NCBI GenBank assembly: GCA_903901225.1
Contig: CAIUQE010000006.1
Coordinates: forward strand, 15,369-79,368
Origin: Candidatus Omnitrophota bacterium
GTDB taxonomy: Bacteria > Omnitrophota > Gorgyraeia > Zapsychrales > Fredricksoniimonadaceae
DNA length: 64,000 nt
Reading direction: 5' to 3'
The position numbers and the translations under genes were made by a program. This document shows positions 1 to 9,976 of the stretch, piece after piece (the stretch's first letter is position 1; every line of letters begins with the position of its first letter). The notes below the pieces were generated by a model, which made no database searches, was not told the DNA's origin, and saw only the letters and a program-made list of their open reading frames with translations.

Positions 1-3000
1 AACCGGCCTGTCGTCGATCTTGACGCCGCCCGTTGTTTCAAGGCCTTTCGCATCCCTGCGCGACCCGTCCAGGCTTAACGCCTGATGGGCCTTGGCGGCA
101 TCCGAAGACTGGCTCGTCTCAACCCCGACCTTGACATCGGTATTGTCGATCTTTGTTGACCCTCCCAGGGTCAAAGCCCCCTCTTGCGTGCCCGCCGTTG
201 TCCGGGCTACGCTGGTCAATGCCTGGAGCGACGTTGTCTCGTTCACCTTCGTCGTTCCTCCCAGTGAAACCGTGCTCTGGGGGCCGGTACCAACCCCTCG
301 CGTCACGGCCGCCATCGCGTCGAGCGATGTCTTGTCATTGATCTGACCTTTACTGCCCAAAGCCACAGTCTGTGAAAGCTCACCTGTGCGCGCCTTCGCG
401 AGGGTGATATCCGTGCTGACAGCCAATTTGGGCGTAACATTTGCCGCAACACCCGCCCTGGTGGCCGTACCCGCGCTGCCCACGGTCTCCTCAAGTGTTC
501 CTTTGAGCTTGTTGGTCAGCTGGCGGTCAACACCGAGTGTTGTTGCCGTAGTTCCCGTCCCTGATACCTCGACCTGTTCCTTCAAGCGGATGTCCGTCTT
601 CTCGTTGAGGGCATATTGCGCCTCGGCCGCCGCCGTAGCGCTGTTGCTTTGTTGCGTCGTGGCTGTCCCGTTACCCTTGGTCTGGGTACTCGCAAAAGCC
701 TCTGTCAACCTCAGGCGACGCGCGTCATGGACCAGCTGGACCAGGGTCGTTGTTGTCTCCTGCCCGCCCACCTGCATCGCGGTCTGCAAATTGCCGCTGG
801 TGATCAATCGCTGGACATCCCGGCTCGCGGTCAAGCGGGTGACGGGCGTCATGTCAAAGGTCATGGCCATCCCGTTCATGCTCTTGCCCTGCTGGGATGT
901 GGTCCCGCCCGTCGAGAAGCCATCCCCGATCCATTTGTAGTAACTCTTCAGGCCGACCCTGTCGAAGAGGCGCGCGTCCTGCGTGATCCCGTACGCTTTG
1001 CCGTTGCTGCCCGCGGCACCCGACAGGTCGCTGAATGTGATGCCGCCATCCGTCGATATAAAATTATTCTGGGCCGCGGCGACGGTTTCGGCATATTCGG
1101 CATGCACGGTAGAATCCTTGGCCAGGTGGACGGTCACATCCTCCCCGCCCAACTGGTACTTGCCCGCTGCCTGCGTTTCAGACACATACGTGGCCCCGGC
1201 CACGACATTCTTCCCCAAAGCCTTTGTCACGCGCGCTCCCTGGGTGCCCTCGGCCAGCTGGTCATGGACAAAATATTCATAATCCGCCACCACATACATC
1301 GGGTCCCCGCCGAGCAGGTTATTGGAGATCAGCTGGTTGTTATCAACGGACATGGACAAAGGGCGCCAGAAAAGGATACGCCCGTTGGAGGGGTCAATGG
1401 AATAATCAACGCCGCTCTTCATCTCCAAGGCCGATTTGACCAGCCCTGTGACCGCGTCCCTCACCTCGACCTTCACCTTGTCCGTGCCCTGCACAATATC
1501 ATTGTTCTTGAAATAATAGAGCGACCCGCCTGTGGCTAGGAATTCGTTATGCGCGGCGCGCTGATGGACTTCAGCGTGAAAGACCGCTATGCCGGTCTTC
1601 GCTTCACCGTAATCGGTCGTCGCCACACTCTTGTAATCCAGCTTCCCGCCATAAAGTGTCCGGGTATAATTCGCGAATTCCGTGTCGTTGAACGCCACCG
1701 CGTAATTACCCCAGATCGCCTGGGACTTGTCCCAATCAACAGAAAGATAGAGAGGCCCTTCCGTGTTCGCCGCGTCATAGTTCAGGGTTGAATTATCGCC
1801 GTAAACCGGATAATACGCATTATCCTTGAACGTGCGCAGGGCTGCCTTGGCCTGGCGCTCCGTGTCAAAACTCGACGTCACGATATATTTCCCCTGGATC
1901 TTGCCTTTAAGGTAATAAGCGATCTTGCCCTGGTCGTAGAACCCGCGGCGGTACTGGTCATTGCTCTGGACCGGTTCGATATGTCCGCGATCCATGTTAT
2001 ACCCGACCTTGCCGTCGCCCATAGCCACGAACATGAGGTAATCTTCCCCGACTTTCAGCGGTTTCCTGTAATGCGCCGTCTGCACCGGCGCCGCCTCAAT
2101 AACCTCAGGCGTTCCCGCCGTCATGGCACCTGCCTGTTCAGCCGGCCCCTGTTTTACCGCTCCCCCTCCCGCCGCGGCTTTAGGCCAGCCGCCCGGGCCC
2201 TTCTCCTGGGCCGTCACAACTTCAAGCTCATAATCCCCGTCAGGCAGGATGACCTCCATCGGTATCGCCTGTTCCTCGGTCTGCCCGGCCGCGAGGTCCT
2301 GCGCTGTCAATCCGTGATGCTCGGGCACGGGCACTTCCGCGAACACCTGGCCATTCCTGAGGACCACGACCTGCCGCACGTCGCTGCCAGCGGACTTGAG
2401 CGTGAGGGTATCCCCCTTGACCCAGATATTCCGGGTCTTCAAAGCGTCCCCTAGCGCGAGGGCGAGCAGGAAATCATGATATTTCTTCGTGCGGGCCGTT
2501 GCCTCGTCCTTCTTTTCCTGGGCGGAACGCTGGCGCTGGCGATCAGCCATGTCGGCGTCGGTCATCACCTTCAACACCAGCGGCTGTTCTTTGGTCTCAT
2601 CCCACTTTTCATGCTCACCCTGGACCTTAAGCACAAACGCGTAATGATGGCTCGCCAGAAGATACTGGCCGGCCGCGTCCCTCCCGTCCCAATAAACCGG
2701 ATCATTGATGTTAGACCGGGTCCCTTTGAACGAACGCACCAGCTTTTTGGTATCCGCGTCAACGACATCAAGCTGCCACGACACCAGGAACGGCGCGTAA
2801 TTGGTGAACAGCCTAAACTCGATCTGCTCGATCACAGTGTCGTTATGCAACAAAATGTTGTCATTGAACATATTAACGTTCAGCCTGGGTTTGGGCGCGG
2901 TCGTGCTTTGGTCGACCTTCAGTTCTTTCTGGAAGTACTCCGCGTCCTTCCCTACGATCTGAGCGTTGTCCACATTCACGCCGAAATTGACCTTGATGAT

Positions 3001-6000
3001 GCTGCCAGGCGTAACATCCACCACCTGGACCTTGTCCGTGGTCAAATATGCGCCCGGCGGCAAGGTCCGTTCATCAAGCCTCAACAGATGCCGGCCGGGC
3101 ACAAGCGCCGGGATGTGGAACTGCCCGTTCTCATCCGCCGTCACCACAGTGCCGTCTTCCATGGCAAGGCTGACATTGGGCACAGGCCCTTCGATGACCT
3201 TCTGTCGGTCTTCATAACTGTACTGCGGGTCATCCTGCCGGCCGTTCTCGTTCCAGTCATAGAACACCTTGCCGAACACGGTCCCCGCGTCAAAAAGCGG
3301 ATCAAGGACAATCTTGACAGTGGCGACGGTCTTGTTGGAGATAATCAGGCCCGTGGGATACTGCATGGTCGCCACGTTATCATAGGCTCCGGGCGCCACA
3401 CCGGCACCGATGACCAGCTGATAACGCACGATCTTCTTCTGCCCGGGCGTAAAATCGCCAGGGAGGAAGGTGAGCGGCCTGTTGCCCGTCGGATCGGGCA
3501 TGGGGACCCCATCCAGCAACGCGCGCCCGTTCATGTACTTGAACCCCGGCGGGATCACGTCGACAAACCTCGGAGCGATCACCGAATTGGTCTTGGAAAG
3601 GCATTCAATGCTGACCGTGTAGGTCACAACTTCGCCGATCCTGGCTTCCGTCTTGTTGGACTTTTTCTCGATCCTGAAAAGATACGGATTAGCATCCAGG
3701 GGCTGGTCCATCTGGTGGATGAGCCCATCCGTGATGAACACCTCACCGCGCGACCCCAGGAGAATCTTGCGGCCCGCCGGAAGCTTTTCATCAGAAAGGA
3801 TGGTTGGATAACTGTAACCCAGCGCCGTTATCACAATCTTATAGCTGGCATTCACTGTCAGGAAAGAATAAATGCCATCCGCTCCCGTTACCATCGGATT
3901 AGTATCCGTAAGCGCTATATCCGTCCCCTTCACCGCCATTGTCCCGTCCGCCTTTAACATCAACACCGATGCCCCCTTAAGCGGCTGGTTGGATGAGGAG
4001 TCGAACACGATACCGTAGACATCGTTCACGATGAATGTCTTGATCGCGCTGGAAACGCCGTCTACGATCACAGAAACATAATTGGAGCCGCGCGAAAGGT
4101 TCCTGGTCAACGCGAAGGAGAATGTCCCGTCCGCGGCAACAACCCCCTGCCCCATGTAAGCTTCCGGGGGCAATGACAAAAGATACAGATCAGCCTGGTC
4201 CTTGGCAACGACAAACACCTGGCTTCCCGGTTTGGCGTTGCCCTGGATCACGGGTTGGGATGTAACGATCGTCTGCTGGTCCACGGGAGAGGTGATCACC
4301 GGGACCTGGGCCGCTGTCGGCGCGACAACGACCGAAAAGGTCGAAGAATCTCCGGTAATGATCCCGTAATATGGCGTGATCGTGTTCGTCACCGGATGGT
4401 TCGGGTCAGAGTCAAGGGCAAACTTGGTCACCGTTCCCAGGGACGCGTCATCTTTCCCGACCACAACACGGAAATTCCCGTTCGTGTCAGCCTTGGCCGA
4501 AGCGATCACCGTGCCGGTACCGTCCTTGAGGGTCACATCATGCCCGGGGACTCCGTGGCCGATGATGGTCGGCACCGGGCCGACAACGGTGCCCGGGGCC
4601 GGGGTCACGATGTTCAGGGTGAAAAATATCCAGTGGATATTGGTCGGCGTAACTCCATTCTTGTTGTCCGTGGAATTCGTGGCAATGATATCCGTCGCCG
4701 GATTCACCGGAAAATTCGGGAACACGGCCGTTGAATCGCGCACGTCGACGAAACCTGCCAGCGGTGCCGCGTTAAGGATGGTCAGCGACCAGGATGTGGA
4801 ACCGCCTCCTGACGTGCTATCCGTCGTCGAACGGAGGATCAGCTTGTTTGCCGCGTTACCCGCCAGGTCCAGGGACCCCGTGATGGTCTGGTTGGATCCC
4901 TGCGCGAATTTGATGGTCTTGGCCCCCGATGATATCTGGGACGCGACGTCCTGGAACACCGTGTCACCGCTGACAGTGACCGTATTGTTCCCGCTGAAGG
5001 TGACCTTGCCGCTATTGTGGACAAAGCTTCCCGCTGTATGGGCAAACCCTCCCTGCACCGTGAAACTCTTGCCACTGCCCGGCGCCGTAAAATTACCGCC
5101 CGTCATCGCGAAATCGCCACGCAGGTCGATGGCCTTGGCTCCGGCGTTAAGCGTCGCGCCGGCCACGCCCAGGTTCCCGTAAATGGTCATGTCCACCGCA
5201 TTCACAAAAGTGGAAGGCGTCCCCGAAAGATTGTTCTCGATCACAAGATTGTAGAACAGGTTCGGGGCCGTAAGCGGGAAACTGCTCCCGATGACGCCAT
5301 TGCCGCGGTACACAAAAGTCCCCGAATAAATATCCGGATCAACAATATTAACGGCTTCGTCACCCTGAAGATAAATTGTGCCGTCGTTGGCAAAAGCTCC
5401 CGTCACGTCAAACTTATAACCATCCGCGTAAAGCCTGGCATCCACATCCAGCGTCATGTTGAGCAGGTTAATGTCATATTGTTCGGGATCCGGCGGCACA
5501 TGCGGCACCGTAAAATGCGGCACGTTCGTCACGCCGCCCGGTATCCGGACGCTGTCCGCGACCACCGCGCCATGCGCGTTCATCGGCACAAGCCCAAGGT
5601 CCCAGTTATTGGGCACGCGCCAGTCCGTGGAAAGGGCTCCAGTCCATGTGAACAGCGTCGACCCGAAAACCCAGTGCGTATTGTTGTACATCGCGGCGGC
5701 ATGAGGCGTGGAATCCCGCGCCACAAGCCAAAGACCTCCGCCGGCATTGGAATCCGTGACATCGACGTAGTTGATATGCTGAAGGCCTCCCGGCACCAGA
5801 GATATCCCCGCGGCATTGCTGCCCAGGTCCGATTTCAGGAAAAGTTCGTTGCCCGCGATCCCCTGCAGGGTCAACTCATTGGTGATCGTCTGTACCGCCG
5901 TATGGTCAAATATGAGCTGGTGGACTTGGATCCCCGCGGGGATCGTTTTGGTCAATTTATAAAATGTCGTGCTCCCGTTCAAAGCCTGCGCGGTCGCCCC

Positions 6001-8640
6001 CATGGTCGAGGTCGCATCCAACGCGACAGTCCCGTGATTCGCGTCAAATCCGGCACCGGCCGTATTGGTAAAATTCCCGGCGACGGCAAGCGTTTTTCCA
6101 CTGCCAGGCGCCAGGAACGAACCGCCGGTCATCACGAAATCATGCCCGATATCCAGGGCCGCGGCCGTTGCATCAAGCGATGAACCGCTAATGGTCAGCG
6201 TGCCGTAGATCGCCAGGTCCACATTCGCCGTGAACGCGGAGGCTGACCCCGTGAAAGGCGCATGGACAATAAGATTGTTGAACATCACAGGTCTCCCCCC
6301 GCCCGTGATGGTGAACGGCGCACCCGTCCCATCCCCGTGATACACAAAAGTCCCGTTGTAAATATCCGGGTCAGCGATATTCACCGCCTCACCGCCGTCA
6401 AGGTAGATCGACCCGTCATTGACGAACGTCCCCGACACCGTGAGGCCATGCCCGTCCAGATAAAGGCTCGCGTCAACCGCGTACAGGCCTAGGTCCACAA
6501 GGACAGGCGAGCCTGACCCCGCGGTCAGGTGCGGCTTGTCCGCCGTGCTCGGTATCTGAACACTGTCGCCGTTCCTCGGGACAAGGCCGAGGTCCCAGTT
6601 CGACGGCACATCCCACGCGGTATGCGACAGCGCGAGCGGGCTCGGTGTCCCATCCCAGACAAAGGTCGCCGCCCCGAATACCCAGTGCGGATAATTGCTG
6701 ATCCCGGCGGAAGACCCTCCCCCGACCAGCAACAGACCTCCGACAGCGCTGTTATCCTGCACCGACACATTATGGATATCCTGGACACCGCCCGTGGCCA
6801 GCAGCAGGAATGGCGCAGTGCCTGCCGACGAACTGACGATATCAAGCCGGTGGGTGCTGTCAATGCCGTTAAGGGTGAGCTTATCCGCCACCATATACGT
6901 GTACGGCGTGCCCGGGCCAACCCCGACCCCGAAGGTCAAAGTTTCAGGCCCCGTGGCCACGTTCTTCGTCAAGCCATAGAAGGCGATACTGCCGGTGACC
7001 GTCTGGTTGGAACCCACAGCCGGGTTTGCCAATACGACCGTCCCGTCATTGGGCGTGAACGTCCCCGCGGTACGCGTAAAATCCCCGGAAACCGTGAAAG
7101 CGTGAGAAGCATCCGGCGTTACGAAAGACCCTGCCGACAAAACAAAATCATGCAGGCTCAGATTCCCGGACTGGGCATCGACGGCCCCCCCGTTCATCGC
7201 GGTCCCATGCTCCACCGTGAGGGCCTTGCCGGAGGCCAGCAGGACGCTTCCAGCCGTGAATGTCGCGTCCGTGTATACGGTCAGATCGACCCCGATGGTG
7301 AATGTCCCGTGCGAACTCCTCGAAGAATCGTCGACGATCAGTGAATGATACCCGGCCAGCGGCGTTCCGGCGACCGTGAAATTCGTGGTGATATCAACAC
7401 CCGCGCCACTGGGCCTACCCAGATATTTGAAAACACCGGCGTCATTCAGGGCCGCGGTCACAACCGCTTCATTCCCGTCCAGATAAATGGCGCCGTCATT
7501 GACCAGGGCGGCGGACAGCGTGGCGTTATGCCCGTCGAGCGTCAGCGTGGTGCCGCTGCCGATGTTCAGCGTGCCGATAACAATATCGCCATCAAGAACA
7601 GGATCATACACAGTTCCGTCGACGATAAGGGCCGTATCCCCGTCCTCAGGCACCACGCCCAGGCTCCAGTTAAAGGCATTATCCCAGTGAATATCATAGC
7701 CACCCGTCCAGGTCTCCGTGATCGCGCCAAACTGCCAGTGCGTGTTATTGTACAGAAGATGGTCCGAATGGTCCAAAGAAGCGCGCCCCAGCAGCACCAT
7801 ACCGCCGGTGGCGTCATTGTTCCACACATTAACGTAGCGGATATCCTGGACCCCTCCCGTGGTAAGGATAAGCCCCGCGGCCGGATTGAGCACCGCCGGA
7901 ACCCCGGCGCTGTTATTCAGTGTCAACAAGTGTCCCGCGTCAAAACCGCGCAGGGTGAGGCTGTTGTCAACCCTCTGGGTCAGCCCCGGGGGGAAGACCA
8001 GTGTGCGCGCGGTCGTGGTCGGCATGACTTTCCTCAACGCGTAGAACGTTGTGCCGCCGAGGATCTGCTGGTCAGCCCCGTCAAGGATGACCCTGTTATT
8101 ACCATGAACATAAGACAAGGGCAACGCGGGAGAAACATTGTTCCACGTCCCTGTCACGTTCATGGGCATCCCGTTCGCCTCAAAGATCCCGGCGAGATTG
8201 TTAAAATCCCCCCGGATATAGATCCCGGCGTCAACGGCCGGAATGATGAGCCCCAGGCGCGCGGTCGATTCATGGGTCAAGTTATAGAACGTATCTGTCA
8301 CAAGCTTCCCGGCATAAATGGTCTGCAAGCCGGCCGCGGCGGAAAAGACCACCGTCCCTGTGCCAGAGTCATAATAACCGGAACCATAAATGGCCCAGTC
8401 ACCGTTGAGACGGATCTTCCCCGTGGTGGTTTTGATGACCCCGCGGTTGGTCACCAGACCGGGATGACCGTTGGCCGTTTCAACTTTCAAAGTACCTGTA
8501 TTAACGTTCAGGCGGGAATTGGCAGGGACAGTAACACCGGCCGCCCAGGCGGCATAACACGTCAAGAATACCGCGCACGCGGCAAAAACCGCGATCTTGA
8601 CGCTCTCGAAGAGCTTGTGCAAAGACTCACGCGCCGACAT
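1..8640 (-). CDS. Giant secreted/outer-membrane protein, >=2880 aa, 3' end beyond window: signal peptide, ~4 degenerate ~340-aa beta-rich modules, Ig-like, Cna/SdrD-B-like, DUF11 and FlgD-Ig-like domains, beta-strand-rich C-terminal region
   Basis: ATG at 8640 gives MSARESLHKLFESVKIAVFAACAVFLTCYAAWA (signal peptide). The same frame reads open wherever checked: SNKTEARIGEVVTYTVSIE (~3600-3660, DUF11-like), GKVFYDWNENGRQD (~3240-3280), WDGRDAAGQ (~2665-2690), ...TTGGVKIDDRPV at base 1. Its absence from the ORF track fits having no stop codon inside the window. Confidence 0.88.
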   Translation of the reverse strand, partial: MSARESLHKLFESVKIAVFAACAVFLTCYAAWAAGVTVPANSRLNVNTGTLKVETANGHPGLVTNRGVIKTTTGKIRLNGDWAIYGSGYYDSGTGTVVFSAAAGLQTIYAGKLVTDTFYNLTHESTARLGLIIPAVDAGIYIRGDFNNLAGIFEANGMPMNVTGTWNNVSPALPLSYVHGNNRVILDGADQQILGGTTFYALRKVMPTTTARTLVFPPGLTQRVDNSLTLRGFDAGHLLTLNNSAGVPAVLNPAAGLILTTGGVQDIRYVNVWNNDATGGMVLLGRASLDHSDHLLYNNTHWQFGAITETWTGGYDIHWDNAFNWSLGVVPEDGDTALIVDGTVYDPVLDGDIVIGTLNIGSGTTLTLDGHNATLSAALVNDGAIYLDGNEAVVTAALNDAGVFKYLGRPSGAGVDITTNFTVAGTPLAGYHSLIVDDSSRSSHGTFTIGVDLTVYTDATFTAGSVLLASGKALTVEHGTAMNGGAVDAQSGNLSLHDFVLSAGSFVTPDASHAFTVSGDFTRTAGTFTPNDGTVVLANPAVGSNQTVTGSIAFYGLTKNVATGPETLTFGVGVGPGTPYTYMVADKLTLNGIDSTHRLDIVSSSAGTAPFLLLATGGVQDIHNVSVQDNSAVGGLLLVGGGSSAGISNYPHWVFGAATFVWDGTPSPLALSHTAWDVPSNWDLGLVPRNGDSVQIPSTADKPHLTAGSGSPVLVDLGLYAVDASLYLDGHGLTVSGTFVNDGSIYLDGGEAVNIADPDIYNGTFVYHGDGTGAPFTITGGGRPVMFNNLIVHAPFTGSASAFTANVDLAIYGTLTISGSSLDATAAALDIGHDFVMTGGSFLAPGSGKTLAVAGNFTNTAGAGFDANHGTVALDATSTMGATAQALNGSTTFYKLTKTIPAGIQVHQLIFDHTAVQTITNELTLQGIAGNELFLKSDLGSNAAGISLVPGGLQHINYVDVTDSNAGGGLWLVARDSTPHAAAMYNNTHWVFGSTLFTWTGALSTDWRVPNNWDLGLVPMNAHGAVVADSVRIPGGVTNVPHFTVPHVPPDPEQYDINLLNMTLDVDARLYADGYKFDVTGAFANDGTIYLQGDEAVNIVDPDIYSGTFVYRGNGVIGSSFPLTAPNLFYNLVIENNLSGTPSTFVNAVDMTIYGNLGVAGATLNAGAKAIDLRGDFAMTGGNFTAPGSGKSFTVQGGFAHTAGSFVHNSGKVTFSGNNTVTVSGDTVFQDVASQISSGAKTIKFAQGSNQTITGSLDLAGNAANKLILRSTTDSTSGGGSTSWSLTILNAAPLAGFVDVRDSTAVFPNFPVNPATDIIATNSTDNKNGVTPTNIHWIFFTLNIVTPAPGTVVGPVPTIIGHGVPGHDVTLKDGTGTVIASAKADTNGNFRVVVGKDDASLGTVTKFALDSDPNHPVTNTITPYYGIITGDSSTFSVVVAPTAAQVPVITSPVDQQTIVTSQPVIQGNAKPGSQVFVVAKDQADLYLLSLPPEAYMGQGVVAADGTFSFALTRNLSRGSNYVSVIVDGVSSAIKTFIVNDVYGIVFDSSSNQPLKGASVLMLKADGTMAVKGTDIALTDTNPMVTGADGIYSFLTVNASYKIVITALGYSYPTILSDEKLPAGRKILLGSRGEVFITDGLIHQMDQPLDANPYLFRIEKKSNKTEARIGEVVTYTVSIECLSKTNSVIAPRFVDVIPPGFKYMNGRALLDGVPMPDPTGNRPLTFLPGDFTPGQKKIVRYQLVIGAGVAPGAYDNVATMQYPTGLIISNKTVATVKIVLDPLFDAGTVFGKVFYDWNENGRQDDPQYSYEDRQKVIEGPVPNVSLAMEDGTVVTADENGQFHIPALVPGRHLLRLDERTLPPGAYLTTDKVQVVDVTPGSIIKVNFGVNVDNAQIVGKDAEYFQKELKVDQSTTAPKPRLNVNMFNDNILLHNDTVIEQIEFRLFTNYAPFLVSWQLDVVDADTKKLVRSFKGTRSNINDPVYWDGRDAAGQYLLASHHYAFVLKVQGEHEKWDETKEQPLVLKVMTDADMADRQRQRSAQEKKDEATARTKKYHDFLLALALGDALKTRNIWVKGDTLTLKSAGSDVRQVVVLRNGQVFAEVPVPEHHGLTAQDLAAGQTEEQAIPMEVILPDGDYELEVVTAQEKGPGGWPKAAAGGGAVKQGPAEQAGAMTAGTPEVIEAAPVQTAHYRKPLKVGEDYLMFVAMGDGKVGYNMDRGHIEPVQSNDQYRRGFYDQGKIAYYLKGKIQGKYIVTSSFDTERQAKAALRTFKDNAYYPVYGDNSTLNYDAANTEGPLYLSVDWDKSQAIWGNYAVAFNDTEFANYTRTLYGGKLDYKSVATTDYGEAKTGIAVFHAEVHQRAAHNEFLATGGSLYYFKNNDIVQGTDKVKVEVRDAVTGLVKSALEMKSGVDYSIDPSNGRILFWRPLSMSVDNNQLISNNLLGGDPMYVVADYEYFVHDQLAEGTQGARVTKALGKNVVAGATYVSETQAAGKYQLGGEDVTVHLAKDSTVHAEYAETVAAAQNNFISTDGGITFSDLSGAAGSNGKAYGITQDARLFDRVGLKSYYKWIGDGFSTGGTTSQQGKSMNGMAMTFDMTPVTRLTASRDVQRLITSGNLQTAMQVGGQETTTTLVQLVHDARRLRLTEAFASTQTKGNGTATTQQSNSATAAAEAQYALNEKTDIRLKEQVEVSGTGTTATTLGVDRQLTNKLKGTLEETVGSAGTATRAGVAANVTPKLAVSTDITLAKARTGELSQTVALGSKGQINDKTSLDAMAAVTRGVGTGPQSTVSLGGTTKVNETTSLQALTSVARTTAGTQEGALTLGGSTKIDNTDVKVGVETSQSSDAAKAHQALSLDGSRRDAKGLETTGGVKIDDRPV
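4630..7750 (-). repeat. Degenerate intragenic protein-level repeats, period ~1.0-1.05 kb
   Basis: The junction motif N-x-H-W-x-F-G...W-[TD]-G...W-x4-N-W-x-L-G-x-V-P recurs at ~7650-7750, ~6570-6690 and ~5580-5690, with a final NIHWIF at ~4625-4640. Confidence 0.75.
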
Positions 8641-8763
8641 CAAGTATTAATATTCATATTCAGTGTTTGATAGATATTTTAACTTATTTCATCATATTAA
8701 ATAGAAAATACGATTAAATCCATTTTTAAAATATTTTAATATTAAAAGAAAAGTGAGGATCGA

Positions 8764-9471
8764 TCAGGAAAGCATCGCGAGGAAAGCCGTCACGGCAGTT
8801 TCGACACGCAGGATTCGGGGGCCCAAACCGGCTAAAATACAACCGGCGGCCTGGAAACGTTCAAGTTCGTAAGGAATAAAGCCACCCTCCGGCCCGATGA
8901 TGAGCACTGCCCGTCCTTCAGCTCCCTTGCTTAAAGGTCGGCCCGAAGGATCAGCCACGATCCCCTGGCGGCCCTGAAGAAAATGCGGCAGAACATCTTC
9001 GACAAAAGGCTTGAACCTCTTATGGTAAGTGACAGAAGGCAGGACAGTATCCCTGGCCTGTTCCAAACCAAGGATCAATTGCTCCCGGATCTCGCCAGGA
9101 ACAAGGGCCGAGCTGTTCCAGAAACTTTTCTCGACACGGCGCGCATGAAAGATATGGATCTGGGGTACGCCCATGGCCGCGGCGGTCTGAAGGACGCGTT
9201 TGAGGACCGGCGGGCGCATGAGCGCCACCGCGAGGATGACAGGGACCTTGGGCGGAGGATCAGCGTTGAGCGCGACCTCCATCTCAAGTTCCGTATCCGT
9301 CAGGCGCAGGACCTTGCCCTGCCCTATCTGCCCGTCCTCCATCCCCACGTTGAGCACATCGCCAGGACTGGCGCGATGGACCGAAAGGACATGCGCGTGC
9401 CGGCGGCCCCTCAGCAGGGCCCTTGACGTGTGCGGGATAATGTCAGGCGCGGCAAGAAGAACGAGGTTCAT
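8764..9471 (-). CDS. rsmE: 16S rRNA m3U1498 methyltransferase
   Basis: SPOUT motifs IIGPEGGF and LGPRILRVETA. Confidence 0.93.
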   Translation of the reverse strand: MNLVLLAAPDIIPHTSRALLRGRRHAHVLSVHRASPGDVLNVGMEDGQIGQGKVLRLTDTELEMEVALNADPPPKVPVILAVALMRPPVLKRVLQTAAAMGVPQIHIFHARRVEKSFWNSSALVPGEIREQLILGLEQARDTVLPSVTYHKRFKPFVEDVLPHFLQGRQGIVADPSGRPLSKGAEGRAVLIIGPEGGFIPYELERFQAAGCILAGLGPRILRVETAVTAFLAMLS

Positions 9472-9863
9472 TCTTGCATGTTGAGGAGCTTGCGCAGTTT
9501 CGCAGGCACCATTCGCGCGAGCGTGTGCGACTTGACCTTTTTCTTCTGGCGGTCAACGATGACCTCGACCTGGCGGCGGATGGCCACGAACGCGTCGCGG
9601 ACAACAGCGGCAAGATCGTCGTGCGCGTTGCGCCCGGAGTCGCGCTTGACCACAAGCTCGTGATGCGGCGGCATGCGCACGTCGATGCGGATATGGTACG
9701 TGTGCTTGGAATGCTGGTGTGTCGGATTCTGCTCGATGAACACGCGGCAGCTGGTGATATGATCGCAAGAATGCTCGAGCTTGGCGATCTTCTCCTGAAC
9801 GACCGCCTCGATCTCCTTCTTGTTCTCAACATTCTTCATGATAAGTTCCAGGGGAAGTTGCAT
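9468..9863 (-). CDS. HPF/RaiA (S30EA) family ribosome-associated protein
   Basis: MQLPLEL...ITSCRVFIE...YHIRIDVRMP...DAF pattern; GGAGG RBS upstream. Confidence 0.75.
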   Translation of the reverse strand: MQLPLELIMKNVENKKEIEAVVQEKIAKLEHSCDHITSCRVFIEQNPTHQHSKHTYHIRIDVRMPPHHELVVKRDSGRNAHDDLAAVVRDAFVAIRRQVEVIVDRQKKKVKSHTLARMVPAKLRKLLNMQE

Positions 9864-9923
9864 GGTGCCTCCGTAAGGTTATTGGAACGCGCTAAGATCA
9901 ACGAGTTCCATTGTCGTCATAAT

Positions 9924-9952
9924 CCGGGATTTTTCAATAGAAAAATCTGCGG
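9924..9952 (+). repeat. Solo end fragment of the MITE-like repeat
   Basis: CCGGGATTTTTCAATAGAAAAATCTGC resembles CCCGGATTTTTCATTAGAAAAATCCGC at 28939. Confidence 0.55.
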
Positions 9953-9976
9953 ATGTCGATTAGAATGTCACTTCCT

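Noticed and set aside
92-8670. Many long + strand ORFs (e.g. 2476-3957, 5017-6183, 7345-8670)
   Set aside because: Antisense shadows of the giant minus-strand gene; no motifs, and Arg/His-rich composition typical of GC-rich off-frames.
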